Source: Bdellovibrionales bacterium (GTDB lineage: Bacteria > Bdellovibrionota > UBA1018). Taken from it: DNA of 64,000 nt. Under the pieces are notes generated by a model. That model ran no database searches and was not told where the DNA came from. It saw only the letters and a program-made list of their open reading frames with translations. Where the stretch lies: NCBI GenBank assembly GCA_018266355.1, contig JAFEAP010000029.1, positions 400,909-464,908 on the forward strand, in the 5' to 3' direction. Made by a program: the position numbers and the translations under genes. Positions within the stretch are counted from its first letter, which is position 1; each line of letters starts with the position of its first letter. Positions 38,890 to 48,804 of this stretch are shown piece after piece.

Positions 38890-39372
38890 TTAAGGGGATT
38901 CGATCCACTCGCAGGCGACTTCCGATGAAGGCCCGAGCGGCAGCGTGCCGGACCGCTTCTCATGCATCGAGCGGCTCGTCTTCTCGTAGGCGAATAGAAT
39001 GTCGATCCGTTCGTTTTCGTTCTGAACCAAGCTGAGATGGACGTTCTTCGCTGAAAGCGTGAAGCCATTTTTCACGGTAGCGTCCGAGATTTCGAATGAG
39101 TCGTATTCGCGGTATTCGGCAGGAATTTGGTTCACCGGCTTCTCGGCTAGAAGAAGATTCACCATGCTTTCGCTCAAGTTCGGCGTTAATTTCCGGATTT
39201 TTTCCGCCGTCATGGGGATCACCAGCGAAGCCAAAAAGTGCTTTCCGGATTTGGAGATCGAAAGGATCGCATCGTTCGACGTGCATTTCAGTATTTCGAT
39301 CGGTTCAGCGGCGCCTGCCGAAGCGAGGCTGGCGATCAGGGCCAAGGCGAGCGGGGCGAATGTCCGTTTCAT
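38890..39372 (-). CDS. Small secreted protein (160 aa), low-GC
   Basis: Signal peptide MKRTFAPLALALIASLASAGA. Cys near both termini. Locally reduced GC. Confidence 0.55.
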   Translation of the reverse strand: MKRTFAPLALALIASLASAGAAEPIEILKCTSNDAILSISKSGKHFLASLVIPMTAEKIRKLTPNLSESMVNLLLAEKPVNQIPAEYREYDSFEISDATVKNGFTLSAKNVHLSLVQNENERIDILFAYEKTSRSMHEKRSGTLPLGPSSEVACEWIESP

Positions 39373-39392
39373 GAGGTCTTCCTTTTTTCGGA

Positions 39393-39812
39393 TTAAAGCT
39401 GCTTAGCTAAATCAGACTCGGCGTCTTCGGACGAAGTCCAGCTGAAGCTCACGTAGGGAATTTCCTCGCCGTCGTCCGCGACCACTTTCGCCACGCAGAC
39501 GTAAGGCGTTTTTTTCATCGACTTCGAGGTCGCAAGGAAACCCGAGAGAGCCACTTCCTGCCGAAGCAGGTTTTCGTAGGACTTCTCTTTCAGGACGGCC
39601 GTAGCGTTTTTGAGGTTCTCGATCGAATTTTCCTGCGGGGTGTTTTTCTTAATGACGACGGTTTTGAACGTCACAGAAACCGTCAGGGCCGCCTCGTCTC
39701 GCTGAACAGACTTCTCGACGCCACAGTAACTTGTGGTTCCGTTGTCCCCTGCGAGGCTCGAGCCGGCGGACAGGGCGACCATAAGGGCGATCGTTCCTTG
39801 AGCGATTTTCAT
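39393..39812 (-). CDS. Small secreted protein (139 aa), low-GC
   Basis: Internal ATG gives signal peptide MKIAQGTIALMVALSAGSSLA. Two Cys pairs. Confidence 0.55.
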   Translation of the reverse strand: MKIAQGTIALMVALSAGSSLAGDNGTTSYCGVEKSVQRDEAALTVSVTFKTVVIKKNTPQENSIENLKNATAVLKEKSYENLLRQEVALSGFLATSKSMKKTPYVCVAKVVADDGEEIPYVSFSWTSSEDAESDLAKQL

Positions 39813-40011
39813 GATCGGTATTTTCTCGTAGGGTGGAAATGAAGTGCGGTGAATATATACGCGACGCGTCATAAAAGCAATCGATTTGATGCGGACACGG
39901 CTAAGGATCTGAATCGAAAAAATCTTTTTAATTCGAGTGGTTGTCTCGATTTTTGGGTGATCTCGGCGACCACCCCTTCTCTATATATAGAGGCGGGGGT
40001 AAACCCGAGGG

Positions 40012-41229
40012 ATGGAAACCACCCGATCCCGTCCCGAACAGTCGATCCGCGATATCCAGCACTTCGGCGAAGAAGGGGGCGTCGTCCCCGTCATCGACGT
40101 CGCCGCGACCTCGACCTTCCTCGATCCGGCGGATATGGAGCGCACGTTCCAAGGCGAGATGCAAGGGTGCTACCTTTATTCGCGGCATTCGAATCCGACG
40201 GTGAACTTCTTCGGGAAGAAGCTCGCCGCGATGGAAGGCGCGACCGCGGCGCTCGGAGTCGCGAGCGGGATGGCCGCGATCACCTGTACGATCGACCAGA
40301 TCTTCCGATCGAACGGAAAAGTCGGCGGGCACCTCGTGAGCTCGAACACCGTCTACGGCGGAACCTACGCGCTCTTCAAGAACATCCTGCCCACGCGCGG
40401 GATCGCCGTCGACTTCGTCGAAGCGACCGACCTCGCCGCGGTCGAGAAAGCCTTTCGTCCGGAAACGCGCGTCCTTTACGTCGAGACGCTGAGCAATCCG
40501 CTCCTTTCCGCGGTCGATCTGCGCGCGCTCTCGGCGCTCTGTAGGAAACGGAAGATCCTCCTCGTCGTCGATAACACCTTCGCTCCGCTCATCGTCCGCC
40601 CGCTCGAGCTCGGAGCCGACGTCGTCGTCCATTCGTGCACGAAGTTCATTTCCGGTGCGAGCGATCTCATCGCGGGAGCGATCGCCGGATCGGAGGAATT
40701 CATCGCGAGCCTGATCGACGTGAATCACGGCTCGGTGATGCTGAACGGGCCGGTGATGGACCCGCGGGTCGCTCACGAACTTTACCTCCGGATGGACCAT
40801 CTTCCGATCCGGATGCAGGCCCACGCGAGAATGGCCGATTTCCTCGCCCGCCGGATGGCGGAGATGAAGCTGCCGGTGATCTATCCGGGCCTCGAATCGC
40901 ATCGCCAGCACAAGCTCCTGAAGGGGACGGCCAATCCCGAATACGGATTCGGCGGGATCCTCACCCTCGACTGCGGAACTTCCGAGCGGGCGCGCGATCT
41001 CGCGACGAAGCTCCAGGACGACAAATTCGGTCTTTACGCCGTCTCGCTCGGTTTCTCGCGAACCCTCATGAGCTGCTCCGCGAAGAGCACTTCGAGCGAG
41101 ATTCCCGAAGACGAGCAGAAGGCGATCGGACTTTCGCCGGGTCTCCTCCGTTTCAGCATCGGGTACATCGGCGACGCCGAGACGATGTGGAACCGTTTCC
41201 TGAAGTGCTGGAAGGCCGTATCCGCTTGA
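40012..41229 (+). CDS. Cys/Met-metabolism PLP-dependent enzyme (methionine gamma-lyase / cystathionine gamma-synthase family)
   Basis: 405 aa. PLP-lysine region VVHSCTKFISGASD and overall trans-sulfuration family layout. Preceded by an AT-rich promoter region. Confidence 0.75.
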   Translation: METTRSRPEQSIRDIQHFGEEGGVVPVIDVAATSTFLDPADMERTFQGEMQGCYLYSRHSNPTVNFFGKKLAAMEGATAALGVASGMAAITCTIDQIFRSNGKVGGHLVSSNTVYGGTYALFKNILPTRGIAVDFVEATDLAAVEKAFRPETRVLYVETLSNPLLSAVDLRALSALCRKRKILLVVDNTFAPLIVRPLELGADVVVHSCTKFISGASDLIAGAIAGSEEFIASLIDVNHGSVMLNGPVMDPRVAHELYLRMDHLPIRMQAHARMADFLARRMAEMKLPVIYPGLESHRQHKLLKGTANPEYGFGGILTLDCGTSERARDLATKLQDDKFGLYAVSLGFSRTLMSCSAKSTSSEIPEDEQKAIGLSPGLLRFSIGYIGDAETMWNRFLKCWKAVSA

Positions 41230-41624
41230 GCGAATCGAGCCCGGCCGTCCTCGGCGTCGACCACGCCCAAATCACGATCCCGAAAGGCGAAGAGGCGGCG
41301 GCGCGTGCCTTTTACGTCGAGTTCCTCGGGCTCAAAGAAATCCCGAAAGCCGAACCGCTTCGCGGCCGCGGCGGGTTCTGGCTCGACCTCGGGAATATCC
41401 AGGTCCACGTCGGAGGAGAAGAAGGCGTCGATCGCTCGAGAACGAAGGCCCATCTCGCTTATCGAGTGCGTGGACTCGCCGAGTGGAAGACGAAGCTCCT
41501 CGCCCGCGGCGCGACGCCGATCGAGAGCATCCCGATTCCGGGCATCGATCGCTTCGAGTTCCGCGACCCCTTCGGGAACCGCGTCGAATTCACCGAACCG
41601 AGTGAGGAGGCTTCCCGTGCGTAA
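41226..41624 (+). CDS. VOC/glyoxalase-family protein
   Basis: TTG start overlapping the upstream stop (TTGA). No ATG or GTG in frame. Beta-alpha-beta(3) VOC-like sequence. Confidence 0.5.
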   Translation: MSESSPAVLGVDHAQITIPKGEEAAARAFYVEFLGLKEIPKAEPLRGRGGFWLDLGNIQVHVGGEEGVDRSRTKAHLAYRVRGLAEWKTKLLARGATPIESIPIPGIDRFEFRDPFGNRVEFTEPSEEASRA

Positions 41625-42204
41625 ACTCTCCGTTTTCGAGTCGATCTCCGTCGACGGATTCTTCACCGACGCCGAAGGCGACATGAGCTGGGCGAAGCCG
41701 GCGGAACGCGACCCCGAACTCGATGCGTTTTCGAAGGACAGCTCCACGCGCGGCGGAACGCTGATCTTCGGCCGGGTGACCTACGAGATGATGGCGGGGT
41801 TCTGGACGTCGGATATGGCGAAGCAGATGATGCCGGAAGTCGCCGGAGGGATGAATGCCTCGCCGAAGATCGTGTTTTCGAAAACGCTCGCGAGCGCCGA
41901 CTGGGCCGGCACGCGCCTCGTGAAGACCGATCCGGTCGCCGAAATACGCCGCCTGAAACAGGAATCCGGGCCGGATATGTGCATCCTCGGCAGCGGATCG
42001 ATCGTTTCGCAGCTCTCGGCCGCGGGATTGATCGACGCCTACCAATTCGTCGTGGTCCCCGTCGTCATCGGGAAAGGCCGATCGCTTTTCGAGACGGTGA
42101 GAGATCCGTTCCCGATCAAACTCGAGAGTTCGCGCGCTTTTCCGAGCGGACGGGTGCTTTTGACTTATTCGAAAGAGGTACCCGGCGGAAAACAACCCGG
42201 GTGA
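41617..42204 (+). CDS. RibD C-terminal / dihydrofolate-reductase-like family protein
   Basis: GTG start with GGAGG SD 7 nt upstream. VRKLSVFESISVDGFF… matches the RibD_C signature. Confidence 0.65.
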   Translation: MRKLSVFESISVDGFFTDAEGDMSWAKPAERDPELDAFSKDSSTRGGTLIFGRVTYEMMAGFWTSDMAKQMMPEVAGGMNASPKIVFSKTLASADWAGTRLVKTDPVAEIRRLKQESGPDMCILGSGSIVSQLSAAGLIDAYQFVVVPVVIGKGRSLFETVRDPFPIKLESSRAFPSGRVLLTYSKEVPGGKQPG

Positions 42205-42818
42205 CGGGAGCACCAATCGTCGATTTCTTCGGGAGTAAAATAGCGGGCCCGTTTTACGCGCATTTGGCGAGGACTGAGCTTCCCGTAGATCCAAACCCGA
42301 TAGGCCTTTATCGATTCCGCGAATCCACGGGCGAATGCCCGTAAATCCGTTCTCCGCTCGACGCGCGCCGGATGTAGAAGGAGATCCGTTCCGAGTCGGA
42401 GAATCCCGATCACGGAACTCGTTTCGTAATCGACGAGATGCCAAAGTTCGTGAGCGAGGATGCCCTGGATCGCCGCGACCGACGGCGGCCCCGAGGGAGT
42501 TTGCGCGACGTCGTAAATTCCCGGATTTACGTCGATCGAATATTCGCGCTGCGAGGGATCGCGACTTAACCGACCGGCCGAAAACGAGGTCTTCAGGTAA
42601 TAGGCGTTCGAGTCGAACTCGCGGAATCGGATACGGCCCTGCCTCCAGGCGGTATCGAGCTCCGGAAAATGGTGATTGATCAGTTCATTCGTGAGACAGG
42701 GCACGTCGCCGGGACGGATCGGAGCCCTCAGGTCCCCGCATTCCGAGGCGCGCGCTGAAGTCGAGCCGATCGCGCCGATGAGTGCGCCCAGTACCAGGCG
42801 TCCCGCTGAAATCCGCAT
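42165..42818 (-). CDS. Secreted protein with HELWH (HExxH) motif, putative metallopeptidase
   Basis: Signal peptide MRISAGRLVLGALIGAIGSTSARA. ATG immediately follows the leuS stop (TGAATG), suggesting translational coupling. Confidence 0.5.
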   Translation of the reverse strand: MRISAGRLVLGALIGAIGSTSARASECGDLRAPIRPGDVPCLTNELINHHFPELDTAWRQGRIRFREFDSNAYYLKTSFSAGRLSRDPSQREYSIDVNPGIYDVAQTPSGPPSVAAIQGILAHELWHLVDYETSSVIGILRLGTDLLLHPARVERRTDLRAFARGFAESIKAYRVWIYGKLSPRQMRVKRARYFTPEEIDDWCSRHPGCFPPGTSFE

Positions 42819-45251
42819 TCAGCCGACGACGAAGTTCATGATCTTCCCCGGCACGAAGATGACCTTCTTCACGGTCTTTCCCTCGAGCTGGGCGACGACC
42901 TGCGGGATCTTCCGCGCTTCGGCTTCGACCGCCGTCTGATCGGCGCCGACCGGGACGGAGACGGTTCCGCGGGTCTTGCCGAGCACCTGGATCGCGACGG
43001 TGACGGAGTCCTCCGCGACGTACTTCGGGTCGAACGTCGGCCAGGTCGCGTAGGCCAGCGGCTCTTTTTCGCCGAGCCGTTCCCAGAGCTCCTCCGCGAT
43101 GTGCGGCGCGAACGGGCAGAGGAGCTGCACGAATGGCTTCAAGCACGCCCGCGGTTTCCGAGGCTCCTTCGTGAAGTGATTCACGAAGGTCATCATCTGC
43201 GAGATCGCGGTATTGAACCGGAGGTTTTCGATGTCGTCGGTGACTTTCTGGATCGTCTTGTGCGTGATCCGGAGGTCTTCCTCGGTCGGCGCCTCGTCCT
43301 TCACGATGAGCGTATCGACCGCATCTTCTTCTTTCCCTTCGAAAAAGATGCGCCAGGCGCGCGCGAGGAAGCGGTACGAACCCGCGATCGCGGTCGTCGA
43401 CCAGGGTTTATCGGCTTCGAGCGGGCCCATGAACATTTCGTACACGCGGAGCGTGTCCGCCCCGTATTCGTTCACGACGTCGTCGGGATTGATCACGTTC
43501 CCGCGCGACTTCGACATCTTCTCGCCGTCTTCGCCGAGAATCATTCCCTGGTGCACGAGGCGCTGGAAAGGTTCGTCGTGAGTGACGAGGCCGGCGTCGA
43601 AGAGGACTTTCGTCCAAAACCGCGCGTAAAGGAGGTGACCGACGGCGTGTTCGGGCCCTCCGAGGTAGAGGTCGACCGGCATCCAGTACTTCTCGGCTTC
43701 CTTCGACCACGGTTCTTTATCGTTCTTCGGGTCGCAGTACCGGAGGAAGTACCACGACGATCCGGCGGAACCCGGCATCGTGTCCGTCTCGCGGCGGAGT
43801 TTCTTCCCCGTTTTCGGGTCGGTCGTATGCAGCCACTCGGTGATCGCGGCGAGCGGCGATTCGCCGGTGCCCGTCGGTTCGTAGGACTTCACTTCCGGAA
43901 GCGAAACCGGCAGCAGGTCGTCGCCGACCGTCTCCCGCTTTCCGTCGTCGAACACGACGATCGGGAAGGGCTCGCCCCAGTACCGCTGACGGGAGAAGAG
44001 CCAGTCGCGGAGCTTGTAATTCACCGTCCGCTTTCCGCGACCTTCTTTCTCGATCGTCGCGATGACTTTTTCCTTCGCGTCCTTCGTCGAAAGCCCCGTG
44101 ATATAGCCCGAATTCACCGCTTTACCTTCGCCCGAAAAGCAACCTTCGATTTTCGTTCCGGGAGGCGATTCGACGACTTCCCGGATCGGGAGATCGAAGG
44201 CTTTCGCGAACTCGTGGTCGCGGTCGTCGTGTGCCGGAACGGCCATGATCGCGCCGGTGCCGTAACCCATCATCACGTAGTCGGCGATCCAGACCGGGAT
44301 TTTTTCGCCGTTCACCGGATTGATCGCGTACGTGCCCGAGAAGACGCCGGTCTTTTCCTTCGTCTGCTCCTGGCGTGCGATCTCGGACTTCCTTCCGGCG
44401 GCGGCGACGTATTCGTCGACGGCTTTCTTCTGGCCCGCGACGGTGAGCTTCGCCGTCAATGGATGCTCGGGCGCGAGCACGAGGTAAGTCGCGCCCCAGA
44501 GCGTGTCCGGGCGCGTGGTGAAAATCTCGATCTCTTCCTTCGAGTCGACCACGGCGAACCGCATTTGGAGGCCTTCCGAGCGTCCGATCCAGTTCCTCTG
44601 TAAATCTTTCGTGCTCTCCGGCCAGTTCACCTTGTCGAGGTCTTTCAGCAGTCGCTCGGCGTAGTCGGTGATCTTCAGCATCCACTGGTTCATCGGCACG
44701 CGGTGCACGGGATGGCCGCCGCGTTCGGATTTTCCGTCGACGACTTCGTCGTTCGCGAGCACGGTCTTCAGCGCCGGGCACCAGTTCACGGGCACTTCCT
44801 TTTTATAGGCGAGTCCGCGGTCGTAGAGGCGTTTGAAGATCCACTGGGTCCACTTGTAATAGGACGGCTCGGCGGTCGAGATCTCGCGGGACCAGTCGTA
44901 GGAGAAGCCGAGCATCTTGAGTTGCTTCGTGAAGTTCTTGATGGCGGCGTTCGTGGTGATCGCCGGGTGCGTGCCCGTTTGGATCGCGTGTTGTTCCGCG
45001 GGCAGGCCGAACGCGTCCCATCCCATCGGGTGGAGGACGTTGAAACCGCGCGTCCGTTTATAGCGCGCGAGGATGTCGGTCGCAGTGTAGCCCTCGGGGT
45101 GTCCGACGTGGAGGCCGCTGCCGGACGGGTAGGGGAACATGTCGAGCACGTAGTACTTCGGCTTCTTCGGATCGAGCACCGACTTGAACGTCTGCTTCTC
45201 GTCCCAGTGTTTCTGCCACTTCGCTTCGACTTGCTTGTGAGAATAAGCCAT
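42819..45251 (-). CDS. leuS: Leucine--tRNA ligase
   Basis: Starts MAYSHKQVEAKWQKHW. HIGH motif region (YPSGSGLHVGHPEGY), KMSKS motif. 810 aa. The upstream in-frame extension of ORF 42819..45863 is a non-coding artefact. Confidence 0.9.
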   Translation of the reverse strand: MAYSHKQVEAKWQKHWDEKQTFKSVLDPKKPKYYVLDMFPYPSGSGLHVGHPEGYTATDILARYKRTRGFNVLHPMGWDAFGLPAEQHAIQTGTHPAITTNAAIKNFTKQLKMLGFSYDWSREISTAEPSYYKWTQWIFKRLYDRGLAYKKEVPVNWCPALKTVLANDEVVDGKSERGGHPVHRVPMNQWMLKITDYAERLLKDLDKVNWPESTKDLQRNWIGRSEGLQMRFAVVDSKEEIEIFTTRPDTLWGATYLVLAPEHPLTAKLTVAGQKKAVDEYVAAAGRKSEIARQEQTKEKTGVFSGTYAINPVNGEKIPVWIADYVMMGYGTGAIMAVPAHDDRDHEFAKAFDLPIREVVESPPGTKIEGCFSGEGKAVNSGYITGLSTKDAKEKVIATIEKEGRGKRTVNYKLRDWLFSRQRYWGEPFPIVVFDDGKRETVGDDLLPVSLPEVKSYEPTGTGESPLAAITEWLHTTDPKTGKKLRRETDTMPGSAGSSWYFLRYCDPKNDKEPWSKEAEKYWMPVDLYLGGPEHAVGHLLYARFWTKVLFDAGLVTHDEPFQRLVHQGMILGEDGEKMSKSRGNVINPDDVVNEYGADTLRVYEMFMGPLEADKPWSTTAIAGSYRFLARAWRIFFEGKEEDAVDTLIVKDEAPTEEDLRITHKTIQKVTDDIENLRFNTAISQMMTFVNHFTKEPRKPRACLKPFVQLLCPFAPHIAEELWERLGEKEPLAYATWPTFDPKYVAEDSVTVAIQVLGKTRGTVSVPVGADQTAVEAEARKIPQVVAQLEGKTVKKVIFVPGKIMNFVVG

Positions 45252-45281
45252 GAAATTCAGTATAAAAGACGGAGGATCGGA

Positions 45282-45776
45282 ATGGAACCGTTTCAGCTGC
45301 CGAATGGCCCGGGATTGCAGGCGAAGTACGCCCCGAAGAGCATCTGCTTTGGATGCGGTCCGGCGAATCCGAAAGGCTTGAAGATCGATAGTCGCCCCGT
45401 CGAAGAGGGCGGCGCGCTCGAAGTGCGCGCGGAATGGAAACCCGAGTCCTATCACGAGGCGTTCCCGGGAATGCTGAACGGCGGGATCATCGGCGCGCTC
45501 CTCGATTGTCACTCGAACTGGACGGCCGCGTATCACTTGATGAAGAAGGGCGGGCTCGCCGAGCCGCCGTGCACAGTCACCGCCGATTTCCACGTCACTT
45601 TGAAACGCCCAACGCCGTCGAACGGGCCGGTCTACCTGCGGGCGAAGGTGGCCGAGTCGGGAGACGATCGCGCCGTGATTGACGCGACTCTCGAAGCCGG
45701 CGGTAAGGTCTGCGCGACGTGTCGCGGAACCTTCGTCGCCGTGAAACCCGGTCATCCGGCCTATCACCGCTGGTAA
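45282..45776 (+). CDS. Hotdog-fold thioesterase (PaaI/YbgC-like)
   Basis: GGAGG SD 6 nt upstream of ATG. 164 aa. Divergent from leuS. Confidence 0.6.
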   Translation: MEPFQLPNGPGLQAKYAPKSICFGCGPANPKGLKIDSRPVEEGGALEVRAEWKPESYHEAFPGMLNGGIIGALLDCHSNWTAAYHLMKKGGLAEPPCTVTADFHVTLKRPTPSNGPVYLRAKVAESGDDRAVIDATLEAGGKVCATCRGTFVAVKPGHPAYHRW

Positions 45777-45784
45777 GGAAAGGT

Positions 45785-46168
45785 ATGTCTCGAAACGATC
45801 GATTTTTCGCAGGACTGGCCGTCGCCGGCCTATTCGGGTTCGGAGCATGCGCCCACACCGCATCGACCGACGAGTACAATACCGGGGCGACGGAGGCGAT
45901 CCACGCGAAATCCTCCGAGTTTGAGCGGTGTTACGCGATCTTCGGAAACGGAAAGCCGATCGAGAGCTGGATCGAATTCTCCGCGAATTTCGACGGGGCC
46001 GTCCAATTCGCCGAAATCGCCGAATCGGAAATCCACGTCTCGAACCCGAAATTCGACGAATGCGCCCTCAAGGTCTTCCGCACGATCCAATTCCCCGAGG
46101 CCGATCCGAACGCCCGCGCCGCCTCCGGAAAATATCCGATCCGATTCCAGGGTTGGAATTCGCGCTGA
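45785..46168 (+). CDS. Small lipoprotein (paralog A)
   Basis: AAGGAAAGG SD. Lipobox GFGAC. Conserved C…F…C.L..F.T...PE motif shared with the next gene. Confidence 0.55.
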   Translation: MSRNDRFFAGLAVAGLFGFGACAHTASTDEYNTGATEAIHAKSSEFERCYAIFGNGKPIESWIEFSANFDGAVQFAEIAESEIHVSNPKFDECALKVFRTIQFPEADPNARAASGKYPIRFQGWNSR

Positions 46169-46214
46169 AATTGGCCGCTTGAGAAATATAGGCGAACCGC
46201 GTTAAGTTCGGAGC

Positions 46215-46583
46215 ATGGAATCGGCCGTTTCAAGCCTCGCGCTCGTTCCGTTTCTCGTCGTCGGTCTCGCCGGCTGCGCGAGCGCGCCGGAGCTCGACCA
46301 TAATGCCGAAGTCACGAAGGCCGTGAACGCCCATCAGAAGGAATTCATGGGCTGTTACAAAAAGTTCGGCGCGAAGATGGAGGTCTTCGTCACCGTGAAG
46401 TACCAGATCAACTACGCGGGCGACATGCGCTTCGTCGAGATCGATCCGTCGACTTCGAAGGCTTCGACTCCCGCGATGGATAATTGCGTGCTTCAAGAGT
46501 TCAAGACTCTCCGGATGCCGGAAGTCCAAGGCTACGACGGCGCCCGCGGCAGCTACACCTTCAGCTTCAGCACGGAAAAATGA
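46215..46583 (+). CDS. Small lipoprotein (paralog B)
   Basis: Lipobox LAGCAS. Paralogous to 45785..46168 (ECALKVFRTIQFPE versus NCVLQEFKTLRMPE). Confidence 0.55.
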   Translation: MESAVSSLALVPFLVVGLAGCASAPELDHNAEVTKAVNAHQKEFMGCYKKFGAKMEVFVTVKYQINYAGDMRFVEIDPSTSKASTPAMDNCVLQEFKTLRMPEVQGYDGARGSYTFSFSTEK

Positions 46584-47575
46584 CTCCGAAATACCGCGGC
46601 GACGACGACGATTACCTCGACTCGGATCAGGAACGCGGCCGTCACGGGACGGGTCGGGTCGCGAAGAAAAAACGCCCGCAGACGGGTTACCTTCCGACCG
46701 CGGAAGGGAACGGCACCGTCACCGAGGTTTTCCCGAACCAGTGTAAAATCACCGACGATGCCGGCCACGAATTCGCCTGCACTTACCGGAAGGCGAAACT
46801 CCCGACGACCGAGGTCCGCGAGCGCGCTCCGGTCGCCGTCGGGGACCGCGTGCGTTTCGAAAAGGTCGGTTCGCGGGACGGCGTGATCGACGGCGTCTGC
46901 GAGCGCCGGAATTTCCTCGCGCGGCCCGCGCCCGAAAGCACGATGCGCCACACGATCGTCGCGAACATCGACCTCCTCGTGATCGCGGCCGCCGCGCGTT
47001 CGCCGGATTTCACGCCCGGTCTCGTCGACCGGTTCCTGGTCGCGGCCCAGGCGGCGGGCATCGCGCCGCTGATTTGCGTGACGAAACTCGACCTGCTCGA
47101 AGAGGGCGCGGAACGCCCGTGGTCGCTCTACCGCGACATCGGTTTCACCGTGATCGAGACTTGCGCGAAGACGGGGACCGGACTCGCCGAGCTCCGCGCC
47201 GCGCTTGCCGGAAAACTCGCGACGTTCTGCGGGCACTCGGGCGTCGGGAAAACGACGATCTTGAACGCGCTCCTCGGTTTCGAAGCCGGAAAGACCGGCG
47301 AAGTGAGTGAATCGACGGGCAAGGGCCAACACACGACCACCGGCGCTTACCGCATTCCGGGCACCGACCTCATCGACACGCCCGGCATCCGCGAGTTCGG
47401 GATCCTCGGCGTCGCGCCGGCGGATTTGCGCCGGTATTTCCCGGAGATGGTGGGACTCGCGTGCGCGGAGGCCGATTGCTGGCACCGCGAGGAGGCGGGT
47501 TGCGTGGCGCACGATCTCCCGCGCTACGGCAGCTACCGTCGTATGGTCGAATCGCTGATCGCGGGCGAGAACTAG
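46580..47575 (+). CDS. rsgA: Ribosome small-subunit biogenesis GTPase RsgA
   Basis: ATG overlaps the upstream stop. Circularly permuted GTPase motifs (VTKLDL, GHSGVGKTT, DTPG) and C-terminal Zn-finger Cys/His. Confidence 0.8.
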   Translation: MTPKYRGDDDDYLDSDQERGRHGTGRVAKKKRPQTGYLPTAEGNGTVTEVFPNQCKITDDAGHEFACTYRKAKLPTTEVRERAPVAVGDRVRFEKVGSRDGVIDGVCERRNFLARPAPESTMRHTIVANIDLLVIAAAARSPDFTPGLVDRFLVAAQAAGIAPLICVTKLDLLEEGAERPWSLYRDIGFTVIETCAKTGTGLAELRAALAGKLATFCGHSGVGKTTILNALLGFEAGKTGEVSESTGKGQHTTTGAYRIPGTDLIDTPGIREFGILGVAPADLRRYFPEMVGLACAEADCWHREEAGCVAHDLPRYGSYRRMVESLIAGEN

Positions 47576-47633
47576 ACGCCGGCGAGCCGGCTCGACCGTG
47601 GCGAATCGCGCGGATCTAAGATAGACGTAGGAA

Positions 47634-48755
47634 ATGACCTACACCGCGACCGAAGCGCCGAAGCTCGAGGGCAATCGCGAGAAGTTCCGACTCGAAGGGT
47701 TGCTCGCCGCCCAAGCGAAGACCCGAGAAGGACTCGCGAAGATCCGCGAAGCGCTCCGACCCGGGATGACCGAGCTCGAGATCCAACGCGCGGGCGAGGA
47801 GATCCTCCGGGGACTCGGCGCGAAGAAGAACTGGCACCGCGTGACGGTGCGGATCGACGCGGACACGCTGCTGAAATTCAACGCCCCCGCGAATCCGACG
47901 GCGAAACTCGAGACCTCGAGCATCGTCTTCCTCGATATCGGACCGGTCTTCGAGATCGACGGGGTCGAATACGAAGGCGACTTCGGCGACACGTTCGCGA
48001 TGGACGCGGACGCCGAGAAAAACCGGATGGTCGCCGTCTGCCGGACGCTCTTCGAGCGCGTCGCCGAGATCTGGCGCGAAGAGGAAATAACGGGCGTCGA
48101 GCTCTACCAGCGCGCGACCCGCGAAGCGGATCGGCTCGGCGTGGCCTTAAACCAGGAAGTCGACGGACATCGCGTCGGCGATTTCCCGCACCAGGTTTTT
48201 TTCCGCGGCGGCATCGGCGAACTCGAATTCAAGCCGGGTGCCGGGGTTTGGATCCTCGAGATCCAAATCCGGCACCCGACCCTTCCTTACGGCGCGTTCT
48301 ACGAGGACTCCCTCGTCTAACGCTTACCAGCTCACGCGATGACCCTCCTTTCGTTCGATGAGCTGCGGACGAAGACCCGGACCGACTTCACGGTGGAGCA
48401 CGATCGAGCCCTTCACGGAGAAGAGGCGGATCACATGCCCGCACCCGCGGAGCAGGAGCCAAAGCCAACTCCGTTTGGGCGGAGGTGGCGGAGGCGGGGA
48501 TTTTTTCGGCGGACGGTGCAGCTTCAAGAGTTCGAGATGAATTTCTTGGGAGCGGCGGTTTTCGTTTCGGGACTTTTCGACTTTAAGCAGTTCCATAGGT
48601 TCCTCAGTTTTACGTTTACGGACATTCGGGGAAATCGGGGGACGGTCAGACACGAGCCGGAACGACCGCCCGCCGCCTGGACGCGCGAGAACGCGTGGTC
48701 AGGGATGGCGAAGTGCGACGGTACGATCGTCCCGGCGATTCGGGAGCGCGAATGA
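47634..48755 (+). pseudogene. M24 (pita-bread) metallopeptidase-like gene interrupted by a single in-frame TAA (48318-48320)
   Basis: The N-part (47634..48320) has M24 motifs (FLDIGPVFEIDGVEYEGDFGDTF, GHRVGDF). The next ORF (48339..48755) is in the same frame. It has very high GC3, no SD, and carries the expected downstream E-H metal motif (FTVEHD). The two ORFs are separated only by TAA plus 5 codons. Confidence 0.5.
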
Positions 48756-48804
48756 CGAGCGTGCGCGAACCCGAAAGGGTTTAAAGCTTAGTTGCTAGGG
48801 GTTT

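Noticed and set aside
48324-48653. 109-aa minus ORF with poly-Pro
   Set aside because: Despite a GAGGA SD near an internal ATG, its codon third positions are GC-poor while the opposite plus frame has very high GC3. Plus-strand coding (the M24 continuation) is preferred.
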